Notes under the pieces: model-generated | What the model was told of the DNA's origin: nothing | Databases searched by the model: none | What the model saw: only the letters and a program-made list of their open reading frames with translations | Origin: Sulfurimonadaceae bacterium | GTDB taxonomy: Bacteria > Campylobacterota > Campylobacteria > Campylobacterales > Sulfurimonadaceae | NCBI GenBank assembly: GCA_041562555.1 | Contig: JBFEXS010000029.1 | Location: 1 to 20,137, forward strand | DNA length: 20,137 nucleotides | Direction of reading: 5' to 3' | Program-made: the position numbers and the translations under genes | In this document: positions 16,298 through 20,137 of the stretch, piece after piece | How the letters are laid out: each line of letters begins with the position of its first letter | Numbering within the stretch: position 1 is the stretch's first letter

Positions 16298-16313
16298 TAA
16301 AGTATACTGTCAT

Positions 16314-17075
16314 ATGCAAAACTCAACACAATACAATGAAAAAAAGAAAAACTTCGATCGTCAGATCACCGTATACGGCCGTAATGTCGTACTAGAAGTC
16401 TTGGAAGAGAAAGAGATCAGAGTCACGAAAGTACATCTCGCGGACTCGAACAAGAAAGACGGCGCAATCTCCAAGATTGAAAAGCTGTGCCAGCAAAAAG
16501 GGATCGAGATCGCCTATCATTCCAAACAGGCATTGTCGCGTATCTCAAAGAATGCCAAACAGGATCAGGGTGTCGCAGCGGATATCGAGGCAAACTCCTA
16601 CCTGTCAGCAGAAGTGTTTTTACAGAAGAAGATGAACGCATATCGTTATATAGCCTTGGATGGGATCCATAATCCACAAAACCTGGGGATGATCATCCGT
16701 TCCGTCGCTGCAGGGTTCGTCGATGGGATTATCTTGCCGAAAAAGGGTTCTGCGAAGATCTCCCCTCTTGTGATCAAAGCGAGTGCAGGTACGCTGTTTA
16801 AAACGAATATACTCTATTGCGATACACTTGAAGAGAGCTTGAAAGCCTTTCAAGAAGACGGGGCAGATATCTACGCTCTCTCTTCCCATGCAAAGGAATC
16901 CCTGTTTGATCTTACCTTGAATAAAAAAACGATTTTTATCCTTGGGAACGAGTCCGAAGGTGTCTCAAAAGAGGTGGAAGCCTTGTGTAACAAGACACTT
17001 TCCATCCCTATGAAAAACGGTGTGGAATCATTGAATGTCGCGGTGACTGCAGCTCTGCTTGCCTATTACAGTTAG
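16314..17075 (+). CDS. TrmH/SpoU-family RNA 2'-O-methyltransferase (RlmB-like)
   Basis: VYGRNVV, DQGVAA, LDGIHNPQNLGMIIRS, LGNESEG and ESLNVAV. The true start is likely ATG 16314, since the track's start overlaps nhaA. Confidence 0.93.
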   Translation: MQNSTQYNEKKKNFDRQITVYGRNVVLEVLEEKEIRVTKVHLADSNKKDGAISKIEKLCQQKGIEIAYHSKQALSRISKNAKQDQGVAADIEANSYLSAEVFLQKKMNAYRYIALDGIHNPQNLGMIIRSVAAGFVDGIILPKKGSAKISPLVIKASAGTLFKTNILYCDTLEESLKAFQEDGADIYALSSHAKESLFDLTLNKKTIFILGNESEGVSKEVEALCNKTLSIPMKNGVESLNVAVTAALLAYYS

Positions 17076-17087
17076 GAGGTTTTCCCT

Positions 17088-18869
17088 TCATAGGGTTTCA
17101 ACACAATTCTTGCCTTTGGCCTTTGAGCGGTATAGGGCTTTGTCCGCTCTTTGGATAAGCTGTTCGACACTGTTGTCATAGTCTTGGATATGGGTGATAC
17201 CCACACTGATGGTATAGGTGATCGGCTTTTCATTTCCGTAAGGTATCTGCTCAGTTTCTATGGTCTGTTTGACCCTGGTGCACAAGTCGAACACCTCTGC
17301 GCTTGGAGTGTTCGGAACAAGGATAAGATACTCTTCCCCTCCATATCTGGCTAAAACATCACTGCTGCGTATACTCTTCTTGAGGATCTTGGCGCAATGT
17401 ACAATGACTTCATCGCCCATAGCATGCCCATACGCGTCATTGATGCTTTTAAAATTGTCGATGTCGATCATGACTGCAGAAAGATTATGACCATATCGTC
17501 TGGCTGCATCAAAGAGCTTGTGAGAAACACTGAGGACATAACGTCTGTTGTAAAGTTCCGAGAGGGAATCTGTCGTCGCTTCATATTCAAGCTTCTCTTG
17601 TGTGATCTCGAGTTCATGGGTTTTTTCCAGAAGCTTTTGGTTCGTGAGCTCAAGTTCCTCAACCCGCTGGGCTATCTCACTCTCTAAAAGCAGTTCGTTT
17701 TCCTCTTTTAAGGTAATCAGCTCTCGCTGCATACGGATCTTGTCTTTGAAGATGATATGATAATGACTGATCATGAGTGAATTGAAGAAGATGACTTCAC
17801 AAAAGGACCCGAATAAAAAGGCGTATCTACTCCAATCGTAGTTGTCTATGAAGCCGTTATAGGTCAAGGTCAGCATCCCCATCGTCGGCATATAGATAAA
17901 CAGCGCGATGAGATAGTAGGACATCTCAAGATGGCCGTCGTTCCAGACAGCGATAGAGCTGTAAAGCAATATACCGAAAAAGACCGAAGATGTCAGGTTG
18001 AACAACAAAGGAGTGTATGGTATATCCAGGGCAATGGCAAGGGTAAAGGCAAAGAATATGACCGCAAAGACAGAGAAGATGTTATACAGGCGCTTGAAGC
18101 GTTGCTCAAGTTGTAAAAACTCTCTGGAGAAGAGTGTGAGCAGGGCAACGAAAAGGGCCCCGCTGGTATGCAAACCCTCATCCCAACCGGAGATATCCAG
18201 ACTAATGTACAGACCACTTTTGATACCAAACCAAACCATAAGAGAAGTCAGATACAGGACATAGAACAGATAGAGCTTTTGAGGACGGGTATAGAAAAGA
18301 TAGAGATTGAAACTGAGTACGATCACCAAAAAGAGGATCAAAAAGAGATACAGGTCGGGAAGATCATAGCGTGTAGGCCTAAAATACTCCTTTGCCGTCA
18401 TCACTTCGAGTTCTCCAATCTGACCCGAAGAAGATCTCCCTCTGAAGTATACGGTCAGTGAAGTGTCTTTTGGTATGTTTATAGAGAATGCAGGACTGGT
18501 ATCAAAAATCATACGTCGGGATAGAGGGGTGAGGAGCCCTGCATGGTATGTTTGCCATTGCCCGTCTTTTGGTATGTAAAGATCAAACTCTTTCCATAAG
18601 GGATCTGAAAAACTCAGGACAAAGGCGTTGTTGGAGGAAGTGTTCTCAAGTGTGAGTTTGAACCAGCGTGTCCCGCTGAGGTATCCATAGGTGAATTGAT
18701 TGGACCCCTGTTCAAAGTTTTGCGCAGAGATATCATCGATGGTAAGTTCGTTGGAAGCGTCATAAAGGTGTAATAAGCTGAAATCGCTGTATCGGATCTG
18801 TGTATCTGTGAGCGTCAGTGCAAAAAGTAGTTGTATGGGCAAGAGAAATAACGCAAGAAATCTCATCAT
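17088..18869 (-). CDS. 7TM-DISM sensor diguanylate cyclase (7TMR-DISMED2 + 7TM + GGDEF)
   Basis: Signal peptide, an extracellular DISMED2-like domain (FTYGY...WFKL), seven TM helices, a coiled coil, DIDNFKSINDAYGH and RSSDVLARYGGEEY. Confidence 0.92.
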   Translation of the reverse strand: MMRFLALFLLPIQLLFALTLTDTQIRYSDFSLLHLYDASNELTIDDISAQNFEQGSNQFTYGYLSGTRWFKLTLENTSSNNAFVLSFSDPLWKEFDLYIPKDGQWQTYHAGLLTPLSRRMIFDTSPAFSINIPKDTSLTVYFRGRSSSGQIGELEVMTAKEYFRPTRYDLPDLYLFLILFLVIVLSFNLYLFYTRPQKLYLFYVLYLTSLMVWFGIKSGLYISLDISGWDEGLHTSGALFVALLTLFSREFLQLEQRFKRLYNIFSVFAVIFFAFTLAIALDIPYTPLLFNLTSSVFFGILLYSSIAVWNDGHLEMSYYLIALFIYMPTMGMLTLTYNGFIDNYDWSRYAFLFGSFCEVIFFNSLMISHYHIIFKDKIRMQRELITLKEENELLLESEIAQRVEELELTNQKLLEKTHELEITQEKLEYEATTDSLSELYNRRYVLSVSHKLFDAARRYGHNLSAVMIDIDNFKSINDAYGHAMGDEVIVHCAKILKKSIRSSDVLARYGGEEYLILVPNTPSAEVFDLCTRVKQTIETEQIPYGNEKPITYTISVGITHIQDYDNSVEQLIQRADKALYRSKAKGKNCVETL

Positions 18870-18919
18870 ATATCTCCTTGTATTTCATTAGTATACACAA
18901 AAAATATTAAGATGTGTTT

Positions 18920-19225
18920 TTAATAGCAGGAGTTATGCCTTCCTCTGTCGAGTGAGTATTTTTGGAGCAGCGCTTTCAGATCACTTCTGTCTTCGTTGAA
19001 TTGAGGGGTCTCCAGATAGGGGAGGGAAAGATTGTGTTCTAGATGGAGTTTCTTCAAGTGATCGCTTGAAAGCAGTTTTTTCCACTCCTTGGCTTTTTTC
19101 TTTGCTGCAAAATATTTACCCTGGATATGGCATGTCGCACACTCCCTTGCAAATATTTCCTTACCATCCGAGATAGAAGCATCGACAAAGAGCGTGAGCA
19201 GGATAAAAGTGATAAGAGCTTTCAT
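18920..19225 (-). CDS. Small monohaem c-type cytochrome
   Basis: Signal peptide and the haem-binding motif GKEIFARECATCH. Confidence 0.85.
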   Translation of the reverse strand: MKALITFILLTLFVDASISDGKEIFARECATCHIQGKYFAAKKKAKEWKKLLSSDHLKKLHLEHNLSLPYLETPQFNEDRSDLKALLQKYSLDRGRHNSCY

Positions 19226-19558
19226 CTATGAGGTCATCAATTCATAAGGTCGTCTGATCTCCTGGAGCAGACCGTCTACACTGACTGCACGACCTTTTCG
19301 TATGAACTCCCGTCCTTCAAAGAAGACAATGATCGTAGGGGCTGAAAAGATCTGAAACTCTGCTGCAATATCCGGGCTGAGTGCGATATCTGCATGATAA
19401 CGCCCGATCGAAGGGAACTCTTTTTCAAGGGCTTCCATAAGTTTTGGCCTCAGAACGCGGCAGACATTACAGGAGGGAGAGCTAAAATAGAGGACTAAAG
19501 CAAGGTCCGTGTTCAATTTGTCTTTGAGTTCTGAAAGGTCATGAAGGGTAGTGTCCAT
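19226..19558 (-). CDS. Thioredoxin-family protein (CNVC); start could be 19558, 19570 or 19597
   Basis: LYFSSPSCNVC, the cis-Pro motif IFSAPT and FFEGRE. It abuts the cytochrome c start with no gap. Confidence 0.88.
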   Translation of the reverse strand: MDTTLHDLSELKDKLNTDLALVLYFSSPSCNVCRVLRPKLMEALEKEFPSIGRYHADIALSPDIAAEFQIFSAPTIIVFFEGREFIRKGRAVSVDGLLQEIRRPYELMTS

Positions 19559-19630
19559 AAGTATATCCATAGTGGTTTTGAGAAATAGTATGTCCATTGC
19601 AATGTATTTCTAGGTCTGATATTATACACT

Positions 19631-20134
19631 ATGCTAAAGAGAATGACCTTGATATCCTTTTTATTGCTGACTCCTGTACAGGCAGAGATACACGCTTTGA
19701 GGGGTGGAGTCTTGTCCCACAGTACTGGACCCGTGTCAAACGGACAGGAACATGGGGTTGACGTACATATCGAAGCTGCCTTCAACGACATATTTCTGAA
19801 CGGGTATTATGCCCTGGGGATGGATCTGAGTACACAGGGAGAAACAAGTTTTGTCTATACGGGTTTAAGCTGGGAAGGGAGATTTTTTCGCCGCGTTCAC
19901 CTGGGAGGGTTCCTTGGTCTTGGATTGCATGATGGAGAGTTGGATGGGAACAGGGATGATCGCCGTTTATTGGGCACGCGCGTCCTTTTTAGGACAGCAG
20001 TTGAGGTAGGATGGTATGTTGATGATGTCTGGTGTCTAAGCTTTATGTATGATCATTATTCCAATTTGGGGATAGGCGATGTCAGAAATCAGGGAAATGA
20101 CAATATGGGCCTGCGATTGTCCTACGATTTTTAG
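19631..20134 (+). CDS. Acyloxyacyl hydrolase / lipid A 3-O-deacylase (PagL-like) outer-membrane beta-barrel
   Basis: Signal peptide, LGTRVLFR, the PagL-type H-x-S-N motif YDHYSNLG...NQG, and a C-terminal Phe. Confidence 0.82.
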   Translation: MLKRMTLISFLLLTPVQAEIHALRGGVLSHSTGPVSNGQEHGVDVHIEAAFNDIFLNGYYALGMDLSTQGETSFVYTGLSWEGRFFRRVHLGGFLGLGLHDGELDGNRDDRRLLGTRVLFRTAVEVGWYVDDVWCLSFMYDHYSNLGIGDVRNQGNDNMGLRLSYDF

Positions 20135-20137
20135 GAT

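Noticed and set aside
1..20137. tRNA, rRNA, CRISPR arrays, riboswitches, intact IS elements
   Set aside because: None were seen: intergenic regions are short, with no regularly spaced repeats, cloverleafs or transposase ORFs. A covariance-model search (Infernal/Rfam) would be needed to fully exclude small RNAs in 316-453, 2399-2674 and 9808-10015.

Overview
A 20 kb chromosomal window from a Campylobacterota bacterium, most likely Sulfurimonas/Sulfurovum-like. This is inferred from the pflA-like gene, the ybaB-PDZ-ispA-tkt synteny and promoters with a TAnAAT -10 box but no clear -35. The right part (6.9-17 kb) is mostly conserved housekeeping: PflA-like TPR protein, cupin, [2Fe-2S] ferredoxin, panD, ybaB/ebfC, a PDZ protein, ispA, tkt, nhaA and a TrmH-family methyltransferase. 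It is followed by a 7TM-DISM diguanylate cyclase, a thioredoxin/cytochrome c pair and a PagL-like beta-barrel. The left part (0.3-6.9 kb) is an accessory patch of small genes: a 5'-truncated patatin, a DUF2986-like small ORF missed by the ORF track, an orphan and degenerate hydrogenase-maturation protease, a GGDEF protein, a Cys-rich small protein, a bacteriohemerythrin with an FNR-type box at the class II (-41.5) position, an output-less sensor module and a Ser-less alpha/beta-hydrolase. I found no rRNA, tRNA, CRISPR array or intact mobile element. No single clear-cut novel multi-gene system is evident. The best leads are the oxygen/metal-regulated small-gene cluster, the Met-less cytochrome c coupled to a thioredoxin, and several apparent pseudo-enzymes. 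All family assignments come from motif recognition by eye, not from database searches.
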